The notes: generated from the sequence alone by a model not told the origin. DNA of 61,323 nucleotides, filler included, from Sphacelaria rigidula (GCA_964200075.2; 8 parts of 8 records of this genome joined end to end with filler, not necessarily neighbours in it); one strand, 5' to 3'; positions 24,781-38,290 are shown, counted from the first letter of the whole stretch. Numbers and translations: made by a program.

Positions 24781-25448
24781 CTGTGCGTGGTTGAAGTTCA
24801 CAAACAGTAGTGTCCCCCCACTACTTGGTATGGGTATCCCCCAACCCCCGTGGTCCGCTCTCATGCTAGACCTCGGGAACCGGCAAAAAGCGGTGCCCAG
24901 TCTGGCCCTTTGATCTAGGGTGGAGAGTTTGCGCCGCAGGACTAAGGATCCCTGCAGCACGAGCTGTGGCGTATGTGTATGGGCACGCGCTCGTATCTGC
25001 CTGTGGTGCGGTACTGGTACAGATACGATCGCTGCTACCGCTGCGGTACTATTGTCACTCTCTACTGGATTGTGATGCACACAGTCAGTAGTCAGTAGTC
25101 CAAGTTGTAGTATATACAACGTTGTACGAAATGACGTCAAGGATCTCAAGCACCGAGTCCCTGTATAGTGGAGATGCATTGTCGGTTGCTCACATTTGGC
25201 ACAGTTGCAACATTACACTACCAACTACTCTGGAACGATATCGCACGGTTGCGGCAACTACTCTACTGTTGTGTTGAACTCGATCGCCCCAACGGGGCCG
25301 GATCATGTTTAGGTGCATTCAACATACCTCGAAATCTTGTTCTCACCGAAGCGCAACGCCTTGCTCCTCCCAGCGCAGGAAAAACGAATGAATTCGATAG
25401 CGCCAATGCGCCCAGCATAAATAGGCATCTGGTTCTAGCTCGAATCAT
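24781..25448 (-). CDS. Putative plastid-targeted protein of unknown function, first two exons (3'-partial)
   Basis: Exon 1 is 25448-25328 (MIRARTRCLFMLGALALSNS-FVFP..., hydrophobic stretch followed by Phe, donor G|GTATGT). The phase-compatible exon 2 is 25013-24781 (...RADHGGWGIPIPSSGGTLLFVNFNHAQ, donor CAG|GTATCG). No domain was recognised. Confidence 0.45.
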
Positions 25449-26978
25449 GCCTGTAAGCGGATTCACGCTCGCTGCTTTGCTGGGTTCGCCTCAATAGCAT
25501 CACACGAAATAAATTCGACTTTTCATAGTCAAGTCCCGTTGATCAAAGAAGAGGCACATCCTCCAGTCTGCCACAACCTCCCGCTCCACACACTCCGACG
25601 GCGCTGAGGTCCGTTTTGGGTCGTATGTTGAGGTGAGAAAAGGTCAAAGATTAAACTTAGGGTGAATTTTTTGCCATCAACTGACACTTGATCTCCTTGT
25701 GTTCCTAGGTTACGATGATTTGTGTGTGTTGAACGTGTTGAACAAGAAAAACAAACACCCCCCTCCTGTTTCAGGCTGGTATGTGACGGGATACAACACC
25801 CCCCTCTCCCCTCCCGCTAAGCTTAAGTATTTACTGTTTGTCGACCGCGATTTTCTCGATATCCAATGCACCTATTTATAACCCCATACATCGAAATATG
25901 CTACATGCAGTTTTCTGCCAACATTACTTTCGGCGGCGTGGCTGCTAAGCTTGTGAGATAGTCGAGGATGAAAAAGCTACTCATCCGGGGGGGCAAGGGA
26001 GGGGCGTGGGGGGGGGAGGGTATGCTGTTCTCCGCCGCCAGCGATGCTGGCTGTGTGTCCGTTGGCGTTGTCAATGTCGTGCTTTGGTGCCGTTACTCGC
26101 GTTCCGTACCGTGCACATAGCAGCGTCTACCGTTACTACATACAAGCTGGCGGAACATGTTTGAGACCAAGGAGATCAGAGCCTCTCCGAAGTCTTGTGC
26201 ATACCTGCCAATTCGCTCGTCAGTTATGCATGTTCATGTACTGTACATCGAAGGCACGTGCATGTAGTGGGGGGTTCGGACGACATCGTTTGGTATCATG
26301 TGCAGAGGACTTTCTCTCCGCTAGGGCGATGGAGGCCGCCAGCGGTGATGTTGATTTCTTTCTCTCCCCGATGTATACGATTGCAGCGCTCAAAAAGTAA
26401 AATACTGTGTCGGATAGCCCGTGTGCCGTACAGTAGGCGAGCCTATACTGAACTTCCTCTGTCCCATAAGTAACGTCCGTTATGGGAGATAGGCCGTACC
26501 TCGCCAACGGAGGTGCTCACGATGTTATGGTTAGGTTCGTTGAAAGTATATGCTTGTGGATATGGCCACTGGAAAAACAAAAACAAAATAATCCACCTAC
26601 AACCTTACAATCGTTGGGTCAAACATGGCCAAATTTCGACTAAATTTCGCCAGTCTGTTCATTGTCGGCCAAATTTCGACGAATTTAACTTATTTTGAAG
26701 TAATTGAAGGCTGCAATCTAAACGAGTGGTTTCGAACTAGGCGTAACTATCGTATGCCAGCGATGAACCCGAAAAGAAGAGCAAGTTATGCTTTTTTTCT
26801 CGATTTTTGCCGTTTTTCGGGTTTCCGGGGTTTCTCTCATGAAAAAGGGGTGAAATATGGCTTTATAAAGCTGACTGATCGTTTATCGGCCGTTCGGCAC
26901 GCTGGCTGCTGCGCACACAGGAAATAAAAAAGACGTGATGCAACTAAAAAAACCATGAAGATTAAAAAAAATCGCCTG

Positions 26979-27817
26979 CGAGCTGGGCCAGCCTAAAAAC
27001 GGATTTAAGCTCTACAAGCAGTATCTCATCGACACAGACGAGTTGGGCCGTGATCGGCATATCGTATTAATCGTCTAACCAAGGGGAAGGTGCCCATCTG
27101 CTCAAAAGATTGGGCCCATATTTTCTCTTTGATTAAACCCCATGTCTAGAAATTCCTATACCTGAGGGAGATAGCGCCAATACTGTAATCTCTATGAAAC
27201 TCCCGCTCGATGCATTTAGCGGATGGCGACGAATTTTGGTGTGGAGAACCACAAAAGGGTGCCGAATAATAAAAAAAATGGGCCTTCATTTCTTTTTTTC
27301 CACAGAGGTTAGGGCGTTCTCGTGAAAAAAATTGTCGTTACCATAGTAGAATGCCCTAAACCAGTGAAAAAAAATGAAAAAAATCAACCCGACCCACTTT
27401 TTTTGTTAATTATGCCTTAGAGAGCACCCACACCAAATTTCAATGCACGAAAAACAACCATGGGCCGGTGAGTGGCCTGCGAAATACTGTTCCAAATTTC
27501 TACCGACCCGGCTTTTTAAAGGCCCATGCTCCCGCCAATATTTAGAGTTGGACCCTGAAATTTGGTATGGAAAATGCATAGGGCATGAAGAAAATTTACA
27601 GCGGCACCAAAAGTTTTTATTTGTATTTTTTCATGAGTTGAGGGTAATAATCAGTATCAGTAAAATGCCCTTATCCCATGAAAAAAAAAATGGTGCCGCT
27701 GTAATTTTTTTTCATGCCCTATGCATTGTCCATACCAAATTCCAATGTCCACCTCTAAATATTGGCGGGAGCATGGGCCTGCAACCTTCAAATCCGCCTC
27801 TAGGCTGACCCAGCTCG
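26979..27817 (-). mobile_element. Complete 839-bp MITE (CGAGCTGGGCCAGCC family)
   Basis: TG|CGAGCTGGGCCAGCCTAAAAACGG ... CCTCTAGGCTGACCCAGCTCG|TA. It is a shorter version of 11602-13208 in reverse orientation. Confidence 0.85.
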
Positions 27818-27958
27818 TACGGCATTGGACACGGTTAAGGGTCCGTGTGATTATAACGGACTCTACTTATGGGACAGAGGAAGTATCAAGTGTCTACGAG
27901 TGTTGCGCCGGCCATTTTTCTTTTTTCACACTTTTTAACGTCTTCGTATTCTCGTCGA

Positions 27959-28100
27959 TGTGTGTGTGTGTGTATGTGTGCGTGCGTGTGTGTGTGCATT
28001 TTCATTCCATCCATTCTAAACCCCAGTCTGCAGCACCTTTCGGTATATGTGGGCGCATCAGGCGGGGTCACACAGCAAGAGGGTCAACACAGGAGTTTTA
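27959..28100 (-). mobile_element. 3' portion of the tRNA-derived SINE with a (CA)n tail
   Basis: The reverse complement matches 760-860. Confidence 0.7.
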
Positions 28101-28380
28101 TTTTCCATTGCTGTTTTAGTAATCAACCTTCCTTCTGGGGTGCTTGCCTTACTCTTTATGTGATGACGGATATTAAGCGTAGTCGGGCTCCCCGCTGCAC
28201 ACTCCCCCCCTCACCGGCTCAAAGCAAGTTACAGCACATGATGAGGAAGACCGATCGTGAAAACAGTTGGAATGTACTACACATGTGAAGGGCACAGTTG
28301 GATCGAAATCCTGGTTCAAAATGGGATGTTGTAGGGGCAAAAACAAATGTGTTGGGTCAGGTATCTAAGGCCATCTCTAA

Positions 28381-28849
28381 GGCCGCTGCTTATTACAGAC
28401 AAGAAAAGAAATCTGAGAAAGTGCCTTTTTGGAGGTTCTACGTCGTTTTACGCGGTATAATAGAGCCAGGCGGAATTTGACACCTTGGAATGACTTGCTC
28501 TACTAAACTAGTTGAGGCGGTTTTAGCACGTCTTCCCGTTTACCGGTGGCCGCAGTTTTTTATTTTGACCAAACAAGAATTATTGTCCAAGAACGGTCAA
28601 GTCCAGAGGAAAATGGCGATTTTTTCTAGATCTGATCGTCCTTAACCGTTTTTCGACAAAAAATCTTGTTCTGCCAAAATAGAAACGGCGGCCACCGGTA
28701 AACGGGAAGATGTCCTGAAACCACCTCAACTAGTAAAGCAAGTCATTCCAAGGTGTCGAACTCCGCCTAGCTCTCTATCAGAACGTAAAACGGCGTACAA
28801 AGAAGGTACTTTTCCATATTTTTATTTTTGTCTGTTGTGAGCAGCGGCC
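28381..28849. mobile_element. Foldback MITE with a TAA duplication (PIF/Harbinger-like)
   Basis: TAA|GGCCGCTGCT ... AGCAGCGGCC|TAA; the arms pair over most of the length. Confidence 0.8.
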
Positions 28850-28852
28850 TAA

Positions 28853-29283
28853 TGGGAGACGTTCAAAATTCCTGTTGAAAACTGCCTTCTGAACCCTTCT
28901 CGGTCGATTTACGCCTGAAGACAGGGTTAGGCGGATGTTGACGCCTTGAAATGACTTGCTCTACTCGTTGAGACCGTTCCAGGGCAACTTTGCATTTTCC
29001 CCTGGCCGCAGTTTTGTTTTTGGCCAAATCAGGCCAAACACGGATTTCCAGTAATAAAACGATCGAGTGATCAAAATTCCCCCATGTTTTTCATCGCTTG
29101 AACGTTTTTTATTGAAAATTCGTGTTCGGCCAGCGGGGGATGCGAAAGTTGCCCTAGAAGGGTCTCAATGAGTAGAGCAAGTCATTCCAAGGCCTCAACA
29201 TCCGCCTAGCCCTCTCTTCAGGCGTAAAACGACGGAGAAGAGCCAAAAATGCAGTTTTGAACACGACTTTCGAACGGCTCCTA
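28853..29283. mobile_element. Second, related foldback MITE directly abutting the first
   Basis: TGGGAGACGTTC ... GAACGGCTCCTA; palindromic, and it shares the internal CCTTGGAATGACTTGCTCTACT motif with its neighbour. Confidence 0.75.
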
Positions 29284-29600
29284 TTAGAGTCGGTCTAAAG
29301 TGCATGAAAATGTGAAAAACATCGATGCAGAAAAAGAACAAAAGCGCAGCTCGTTTTGTTCGCCAGGAAGTGTCCCCGTCTCAACTTTTGGGATTCGTTA
29401 TTTCGAGCTGCAGGGTACTGTTGCCCACGACCGTCGGCGTCATCAGAGCGCAGTCACATATACTGTACTGTAGTGTAAATCCTCATCTGGATTGCTTAGT
29501 GGTGCCGCGAACCAGAAAAAAAGCGGTTTGCATGTGCGCGTCCTCGCCGTTGCTTCCGACTTGGATCGGGCGCGAGTTTGAAGCGGAACGGGCTGGACAG

Positions 29601-29685
29601 TGTGTGTGTGTGCTGTCGTCCCATCTATTCTGGACGTCAGTCTACACCTTTCGGTATATGTGGGCGCACTAGCAGGGGTCACATA
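29601..29685 (-). mobile_element. SINE 3' tail abutting a MITE
   Basis: Reverse complement of 778-860; it stops at the TA preceding the MITE TIR. Confidence 0.7.
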
Positions 29686-30260
29686 CGAGCTGGGCCAGCG
29701 TAGAGGCTGCATGAAAGTTTGCAGGCAGATGCGCCGGGCAACATTTGGAGTTAGACCCGGAAATTTGGTATGGATAATGCAAAGGGCATAATAAAAAATC
29801 GGGAAGAAGCGCCAGATTTTTTTTTTCGTGAGTTAAGGGGCGCTGAAACCTGAAAACTGATTATTGCCCTTAACTCACGAAAAAAAAACTTCTGGTGCTT
29901 CCTCCCGATTTTCAGTATGCTCTATGCATTGTCCATACCAAATTTCAGGGTCCAACTCTAAACACTGCCTGGCGCATTCGCCTTTTAAGACTCGGATCGG
30001 TAGAAATTCGGAACAGTATTTCGCAGGTCACTCACCGGCCCACGTTTGGTTGTTGTGTATTAAAATTTTGTGTGGGCCCTCGTCAGCGCATAGTTAACAA
30101 ATCTCAGTGGTCCAGATTTTTTTAATTCATTTTCCACTGGTTGAGGGCGTTTTAGTATGGAAAAGACCATTACTTCGCGAGAACGCCCTAACCTCAATGA
30201 AAAAAATAAAAAAGTGAAGGCCCGTTTTTTTTTATCCGGCACTCTTTTGTGGTCCTCCAT
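29686..30260 (+). mobile_element. CGAGCTGGGCCAGC-family MITE, right TIR not seen
   Basis: TA|CGAGCTGGGCCAGCGTAGAGGC, colinear with 22336-22910. Confidence 0.8.
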
Positions 30261-30612
30261 GCTAACTTTTAAATAAGAATTCTAAAAATTGAGCTAAACG
30301 ACCTGGTTCTTTTTTCGGCGCCTACCGACTCCCAAACCCTCGAGTGAAGGTGACACATCGTCTGTGAAAAAATCCCGATCAAGTGAATATCATATTTAAA
30401 CTTACTTTCACTACTGGACTTGATTTGGTATACGAGTACGAATGTTGCCGCATCGAAAAGCTTCGTACTGTGGTCCAAAGGCTTACGCGAACTTGTGGTG
30501 GGATTGAGATAAGGCCTAACAGCGATGTACATTTCTCCTTAACCCTTTGGGAACCCTCCCCTCCCGTCCCTGGGCCAGACGCCTCATTATGAGAAGCCCT
30601 GACAAAGAAGAA

Positions 30613-30712
30613 NNNNNNNNNNNNNNNNNNNNNNNNNNNNNNNNNNNNNNNNNNNNTTAATTAATTAANNNNNNNNNNNNNNNNNNNNNNNNNNNNNNNN
30701 NNNNNNNNNNNN
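30613..30712. other. Artificial scaffold spacer
   Basis: N44-TTAATTAATTAA-N44. Confidence 0.98.
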
Positions 30713-32351
30713 CCTTGATACAGACCATAGTAAATGGACTCGTCCCGAGGAAGGAGGGGTAGGGGTTCAAAGTTCAAAGGAAAACAAAAACAAAAGAAAA
30801 AAAAAAAAAAAAGGTAAACGTATGTACAGCTGAAATCAATATTTACGATATAGCTCACAGTTCACGAATTCACACCCCCTTCGTTTCGCCTCCTTGTGTG
30901 CTTGATAACACATGATAATACATGGACTGAAACGCTGAAAACGACGAAGATCATCATGGTACGATACGGGTGTTTGTTGTTGATGCCGATCCGATACGTC
31001 CAACAAATGTCGCAGGCAGGTGAACCAGACCATTTATTTCATGCCGCCGACGAAACCAAATCGTCCCTCGGCCATGGTGCGTTTTTGCTACATAGTCTCA
31101 GGTAGGTGAGGGTTATCCTTCCGAAGGTAGCCTACTCACAGTAATAGTAGTACTCTGCACGAACTGCACAGCAGGCCTTCGCAAGGTTCGCCGGACTCTT
31201 ATCTATCGTGGAGCTTTCGACACCCCAGCTGCGCAGGTATTATTTTGAGCGTCGAGGATATCTTTGAGTTGCCCGTGTATGGATAGATAGCTATACGGAC
31301 TGCTGCCGAGATAGCCCCTGCCCCCGGGAATCGGCCAAAAAAGTGCACGGAGGCGATGGTCATAAATGCCGTTAGAGCCGGTTTCGTGCTGCACGACGCG
31401 ACTCATTTGGGCGTTTTATAGCTGATTTCGGGCTGATACACGCCTCTCATGTCGGCGAAATTGCTGTAAACGAGCCCAATAACACTGGGATTGCCGCCGG
31501 TTTGTTGGACGGTGGTCTCCGGTGCCCTTTTTGTGGGGAGGCTATCTCGGTACTAGTCTACGCAAGTACCTTTTGAGAATACAGTGCATCACAGAGGTAC
31601 TCATTCTGATCTACCTACGCAGGCGTTTCGTCGGGAAGTGTAGTACAAACGACTGTGCCCTTCGTGTACCGTTTAGTTAGGTCTTCGCTCGGTAGGCTCC
31701 AGCCCCCAAAAGTCCATGTTTATTTTCTGGAGCCCAAAAAGTGCATTTTTCTAAGAACTTTGTTTTTAGCGCACATCTTCGTCCAGGAAAACTTTTATTT
31801 CGGGAGAGCTTATTTTTTTTCTAGAGCCCATTCCCGCGGGGCTAGACCCTCCCCCCATGCCCCTAGCTGTTTCTCAATTTATTATGGAGGTTGTTTCTCC
31901 CCGCTGCTTCCTTGAAGCCTCTCTCTTTTTTCTTTTTCTTTTCTCTGGAAGTCTCAAAAGAAGTTGCTCAATTAGCGCCGAAAATTAGAGGCCTAAAAAT
32001 AAAAAACGAAACCGACAAGTTTTTCAATGGCAGAAAACGAAAGACAAAAACGGGGGCGCAAAAAACAAAAACAAAAAGTCCCAAATAGAGGCAAAACAAA
32101 TATACAGAAGCCGTCAAAAAGATAGAGGCCGAGATGGAAGAAAAAGGAACGCAAAAAAACTGCAGCAGTACTGGATGCCGTAGGTGATGGTGTCTATCAC
32201 CGATGATACGCAACACAACACCCCCTAAAGGTCTGCCCGACGCGATTAGTTTTTCGATTGCATTTTGGCACCATGTTGATATGTGCAGTATTGTACCTCT
32301 ACAGCAATGCGTAGTATATCGCTCCCTCCCCTACACCCTACACCCCATATT

Positions 32352-32660
32352 TCAGGACGTGTTAGAGGAGATGAGAGAGCGAAACAAATGCAACATGAAA
32401 AGGTTTGGTACAATAGATCATGATACTTGACGAAAAAATGATCGCCGTGCTACTAGGAGATGGATGGTGGTCACAGACGGCGAAACAATAAAGGGGTGCG
32501 ATAAGTCAAATGTTCCTATGTAATGTATGGGAAAAGAATGTATTGAGCGCCCAAATGTTGGAGGTTTCTCCAACAGGAGTACAGGGACGGTGCTCCGTCT
32601 CGCAAGGGATGCATCGTCAATGGGCAAATGACTAAGCCAAGGAACAAATGAGTACACCCC
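32352..32660 (+). mobile_element. 5'-truncated LINE 3' fragment
   Basis: Alignable to about 35450-35740 (TGGTGGTCACAGACGGCGAA...GACGGTGCTCCGTCTCG...AAATGAGTAC). Confidence 0.75.
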
Positions 32661-32793
32661 ACACACACACACACACACACACATACACGCTAAACGACGG
32701 TGATTTTTTCGGTAGCGACAGCACATCATCCGGGGGGAGGTACACGCCGTCGTCTACGGTAATCGGTTGCTGTACCTGTATCTGTACCCGTAC

Positions 32794-32887
32794 CTGTGCG
32801 TTGGATCCTGGTGGGCACGCGATGAGCATATAGTCCACCCCCATACAGTTGTGGCACACGCCTTCGATCAGAGGATCCTCCAGTGTT
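32794..32887 (-). CDS. Possible isolated internal exon, product unknown
   Basis: Acceptor CTCCTCCACCAG and donor CAG|GTACGG, with an open frame TLEDPLIEGVCHNCMGVDYMLIACPPGSNAQ. Confidence 0.35.
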
Positions 32888-33234
32888 CTGGTGGAGGAGT
32901 CGTTCCGCGGAAGCCGCGGTAGGGATCATGAGCGTACAGGGTGATGTATGGGGGATCAAAGTGCTGCCCGGATCAAGGGAGGTTCATGGCTGAGAAGTGT
33001 AACAACCCACTTTTCTTGCTTACTTGTGTTCACGGACGAATCTTACCACGCGGAAGAAGATGAAGCGCCGTCAAGTGCCATACCGATGACTCGCTGGATA
33101 TTTTTCCGACAAAAGAGACCATATTTTTGACGTCGAATCTGAATCAACGACTACAATGGGTGATATTTCAGATAACAACTCCATTGATATTGCCCCCTCC
33201 CTTCTCCCCCCCCTCCCCCCCTTCCCCGCGCTAA

Positions 33235-35740
33235 GATTTTGATGGCGGGATGAAGCAGATAAGGGTAGGGATACAACGGATGCCGAGGGAAAAGGCAGGA
33301 GAGGCAAACAAGGGCATAGTCACACTAAGAGCACAATACGGCAAAGCGGTTTCTAGCTCGAAGGAGAAGAAGGAAATACTAGTTCTGAAGCGCTACAGAA
33401 ACGGAGGGACACCAACAACCGATGAGACGTTCGACGTGAAATTCGAGAAAGAAATCAACGCGTCAGCAGAGGCAAAACTGTAGTGGCGTCGAAACGGGAA
33501 GACAGTGGTTCAAAAGACTTGCAGAAGGAGCTAGTTCACAGTAGAGGAAGTGAAGGAGCATGTAGCTAAACTCAAAACAGAAAGGCAGCAGTGACAGAAC
33601 ACACGAAAGAGTGAGTGGATTTATGAAGTAAGCGGGAGAGGGAATGAGTACTATGATCGTTACTTATGTCGTATATTGGATCTGGGAAAACGAGTATATA
33701 CCCAAGAGGTGGAGAGAAGGAGTAGTAGTCAACCTTTTCAAAAGGAGACAAGACCGACTCAGGGAATTATAACGGGATAACGCTACTGAGCACCGGAGGG
33801 GAGAACGTCCGCAAGGTTCTGAACGACAGAGTGGAAAAGATGCTGGAGAAGTGAGGGAAACATGAGCGAGGGGCAAGCAGGGCTTAGACCAAACTGTGGC
33901 TACGTAGACGATGTGAATACAATAGGGAAGGTTGCTAAAAAAGGTGGGAAAGACGCCGGGCTGACAACGTTCTGTTTTAATTCTAGACGCACAAAAGGCC
34001 TATAACACAGTATGGAGGAATGGGTCATGAAAAACAAAATGTTGGAAGCTGGGATCAGAGGAAATATGTGGAGAACGGTGAAGAGGATTACAGAATGTGC
34101 GAGGAGTGCTATGATGCTAGACGGCGGTACATCGAAACGTGTTGATATCTTACAAGGAGTTGTACAAGGATGTACGCTTGCACCCACTTCATTCAAGGTG
34201 TTTATTAATGATCTGCTAAGAGCAATAGAGGCGGTAAAGGAATGAGTCAAGGCGAGGGAAGATACGGTATCAGGATTGATGTTTGCGGATGATTTCGTGA
34301 GGATATCAGAAACAACGGAAGGATTGCAGAAACAAGTAGAGCAGGCGCTAAAATACACTAGGCTACGAGGAGTGACAGCGAACGTTAAAATATGTGCGGT
34401 ACTTGATGGTAACGAAGATAAGGATAACCCAGTAGAGTTCAAACGGAAGTGGGCAGAAGAGGATTCACCAATTATTGTAGACCAGTATACATATCTTGGC
34501 GTAGGGACCTCAAAAAGCTGTTCTTGGGATGCACACATAAATGAAGTGAAGGAAAGGGTAAGGCACAGATAGGCAGGATGGACGTGATCCTCACACCTAG
34601 ATACTAGAGTTAAGAGATGTATCCTGATGAACGTGATAGTACCAAAGCTGGAATATGCAGGAGAAGTATGGGAGGGGAACGTGAAGCCAGTGAAGCAGCT
34701 GGAAACAGTACAGAGGACAGCAGCTGAGGAAATACTTGGATATTAAAAAGACGACGAGTGATACAGCATTGAGAGCAGGATTGGGAACGTATCCACTCAA
34801 AACAAACAGAGACATCACAAAATTAAGATCGCAATACAGCGTAAAGAACATGCAGAGATGGCATTGCCAGCCATATTTGATGAGGCTGTACGGAAGAACA
34901 TGACGAAAGGGCAGGCTGGAATAAGGTGGAATAGAGAAGTCAGAGAAAGTATGGAAGGAGATAGGAGGAAACCAAGACAAAATAGTGTCTATAGGTGAAG
35001 GCACGGGGTATAAGACAAAAGTAAAAATACATGGTAGAAAGAAGGAGAGAACAAGCGCTAGGAGGGAAAGCAGACGAGGAAGAGCACCGAAAGCTATACG
35101 CGGGGTTGGAAGAAGGAGTAGGGATTGAAAAGATGTCTGCACGGCCACACGGACTACGCGGAAGAGACGGAAAGTAGACCGAGAAGGACACCTCAAGATG
35201 TACGGGGGGTTGAGAAAAGGGATAAAGATGGAGACATATCTGCACGGCCCAATGGACTACGCGAAAAAGTTGGTATTGGGATTTCGGGTGGGGGGTCTGG
35301 ACCTACCAGAAAGAAGGAAGAGGCTCACCAGTAGTCGTGTGCAGCAGCAAGTATAGGCACAGAATTTCCCCAGTGGCAAGGCGAGAGAGGCGAGGGAGGG
35401 TAGAACTCCCGTGGAGGGAGAATATGAACTATAGAAGGAAGAACGGGACGCGCCGGGGTGGAAAATATGGGAACTGAATACAGGTGATGTGAAGTCGTTT
35501 GGGATAGTAGTGAGAAAACGACCGCTATACTAGCATCTAATTGGTGGTCACAGACGGCGAAGCAGAAAGGAGATAAAAGTATGTAAACTGTTCTCGTATA
35601 ATGTACGGAATAAGCGTAATAATGAGCGCCCAATCGTTGGAGATGTCTCTCTTACGAGTGGGAACGGTGCTCCGTCTCGAAAGGGACACGCGGTCAATGA
35701 TCAGATGACTGAGAGAAGCAACAAATCATACGCCACCCTC
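33235..35740 (+). mobile_element. Degenerate 5'-truncated LINE (non-LTR reverse transcriptase pseudogene)
   Basis: RT motifs survive across stops and frameshifts: LDAQKA, GIRGNMWR, QGVVQGCTLAPTSFKVFINDL, LMFADDFV, YTYLGV. An extra 3'-end fragment follows at about 35765-35845. Confidence 0.9.
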
Positions 35741-36236
35741 CCGCCTCCCCCGGCTCTACAGTGTTAGGAGTAGGAACGGTGCTCCGTCTCGAAAGGGATG
35801 AGTGGTCAACGCGACTAAAGCAAGCAACAAATGAGTATGCCCCCCGTCCATCCCCTCCACCCCGGCGTACATCGAAATGGCTCAGAGAGAAAGAAGTAGA
35901 GGCAAAGACGAAGGCGAAAGGCGTGTCCGGACGCAGCCTTTTGGCGTGCGATCGTCTTGTTCAGCCTCCGTTCCGGTGACGTGTGTCCTAATCGGCAGCC
36001 AAAACCAAGGAGAAAATCTATACGCTTCATGTGTGGGCCATGCCACAGTAGAACGGAGTAGGGAGCTAACACTTTTTATTGCAGAAACGAACGAGCTACT
36101 TACTCTGAGGGGTCCCTCCCGCCAAGAATGCGTTCATATCATCATGCGGTTGTTGTTCGCGGTCTACACAGTAAAGGTATGTTTGTATGTAGCAGTTGCA
36201 GGGAGTTACCCGTATTGAACACATGTACCCATGGTA

Positions 36237-36478
36237 CTTTCTACGATAGCTCCCCCCGCAAAAGTGCCTGGTTTGGGGACGCAAAATATCCACGTAAATC
36301 GAACTGGAAAAGCCGAGCACAACGAGCAGCTGGGAATTCCCACGCTTGGGTTGGTTCTCGCCAATGTCGCCCATATGAGGCGCTCCATGTAACCTGAACC
36401 CAGACATCAGGCGCTGTAACGTAATTTTCTTCGTGACATTTTTGGGCTGCTTTTGGGGGGGGGGCTATCGTAGAAAGT
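36237..36478. mobile_element. MITE-like element with TIR CTTTCTACGATAGC plus C/G tracts
   Basis: ACTTTCTACGATAGCTCCCCCC ... GGGGGGCTATCGTAGAAAGT; the TIR core is shared with 41305-41603. Confidence 0.65.
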
Positions 36479-38192
36479 GTCCTATATGAGTCCATGCAGT
36501 TGACTTCGGTATGGGCGTATAAATATATACAAAATACCTATATATATATATATATTTTATTACATTTCCGACAGGGTTTTAGGTACTCGAAGACTCCGCA
36601 CTGTACGTGAAGGCTTAGTGTTGTTGGCATAGACGGTACTGACAACAACACACGGTAGTACCCGGTAAACAATCCGCATTCTATGTTCTCGACTTAAGGT
36701 TCAGCGCAGCCGATCCGCCTGCTCGGAGACCTCAGCCGTTCCACCTGCAGGGAGACCGAAAGATACCTTTGACTGCAATTTAGATATCACTCTGTTTCGA
36801 TAGAAAAATCTCGCTCCTTTTCCCCCCAGGATTCCGGGTTTTATCCCCTAGGCTAGTAGTAGGCAGAACGGGTAATCGTCTTCAACATTCAACAGGTCGA
36901 CAAGGTAAAAAAAAACTATTTGCGGCTCCCGCGGCTTGCCGACAAGTTATGTCGGAAAATCATTCCCTGATCGACGGACACTGGGATTAACACCTGTTAG
37001 TATGTCTTAATAACCACTGAGCCACTTAGCCGACGCTGACTGTGTCCAGCTTTTATTTTTTTGTCTATCTTTGTTGTGTCCTCACTTTTGCTGTAATTTG
37101 ACCAGGGATATCTGTTATCCAAGTTTTTTCTGTTTTTTTTTTGTTATTGTTATCTTCTCCGTGTCCTGTTTTTTCTTGAATTTGAGGAGAAGATCAAAAG
37201 ATTTTAATCCAAGAAGAATCGCGGACTATGCATGTAGACCGGTTTTGCGAGCAGTACCGATCGGCGGGTCCGCGTGTTCAATGCCTGAAAGGATGGCACG
37301 CCGATTGCTCACGAAGGCATCAAGAGTGGAAAGCTTTGCGTAGGCCAATCACCACCCTTGTGATAACTAAAACATCGCATGATGTCGAGCATGGGATTTA
37401 CACGCGGCCATTCGGCTACCCCCATAAAAACTGTCTATCGCGAGTTTCATCCTCTCGAGGGTATAATACCCTCTAAAGGGTATTTCATCTCCAGGTGCGG
37501 TCAAAACCGAATTCTCTGGAGGACGTCTGATGCCCCAGTGACTTACGTCTGAGGTCTGACTCCCTCAAGAGTAGCAAAAAAGATGGTGCTCTGGAGGGCC
37601 GGGCATCCTCCACATCCCTCCGGAGGGATGCACCGCCCTCCAGAGGCAAAAACAAGCCGTTAGAGGCGTTTGATCCCACCCCTCTGGACGGCCGCGCACC
37701 CGCTGGAGGCGGTTAATTCCTCTGGAGGCTCGAAAAGTTGACCGGAACAGAGCATTTTGGGGGGGTATCCGAATGATGGCCGCGTGTGTTACCGTACGAC
37801 TATACTTGAACGCGAATTCTACATCTGAGCTACTGTATGTACGAATCCGTAACGCAAAAAAAACCTGTCATTGATGAGTGCAAATCGTACTTGGTACAGT
37901 GTTCAGCACCTTTCTCAATCAAGTACATAACTTGGATTAAACAGACGCAAAACATCAGCCATTTTTTACGAAGGATTCCTCGATTCATTTCAGACTAAGG
38001 GCGCAGCAGCCGCGGCTACCCACTAGTATACATACTAAATCGACCCCAAAATATTCCGCAAACAGGCTAACGCTTGACCCGAGCAGAATTGCAAGCGTGA
38101 CGCTTAGGATTGATTGTACGACCTCCACCGCTTTCAGGACAAGGTTTGGGTACGAGAGTAGTGGAATAAGCCAACATTAAAATCACTGTCCC

Positions 38193-38239
<47 letters not shown>

Positions 38240-38290
38240 CCGGCGGCGAGCCGCCGCGGCGCCCCGCCCCCGGCAAACAACAAAACAACA

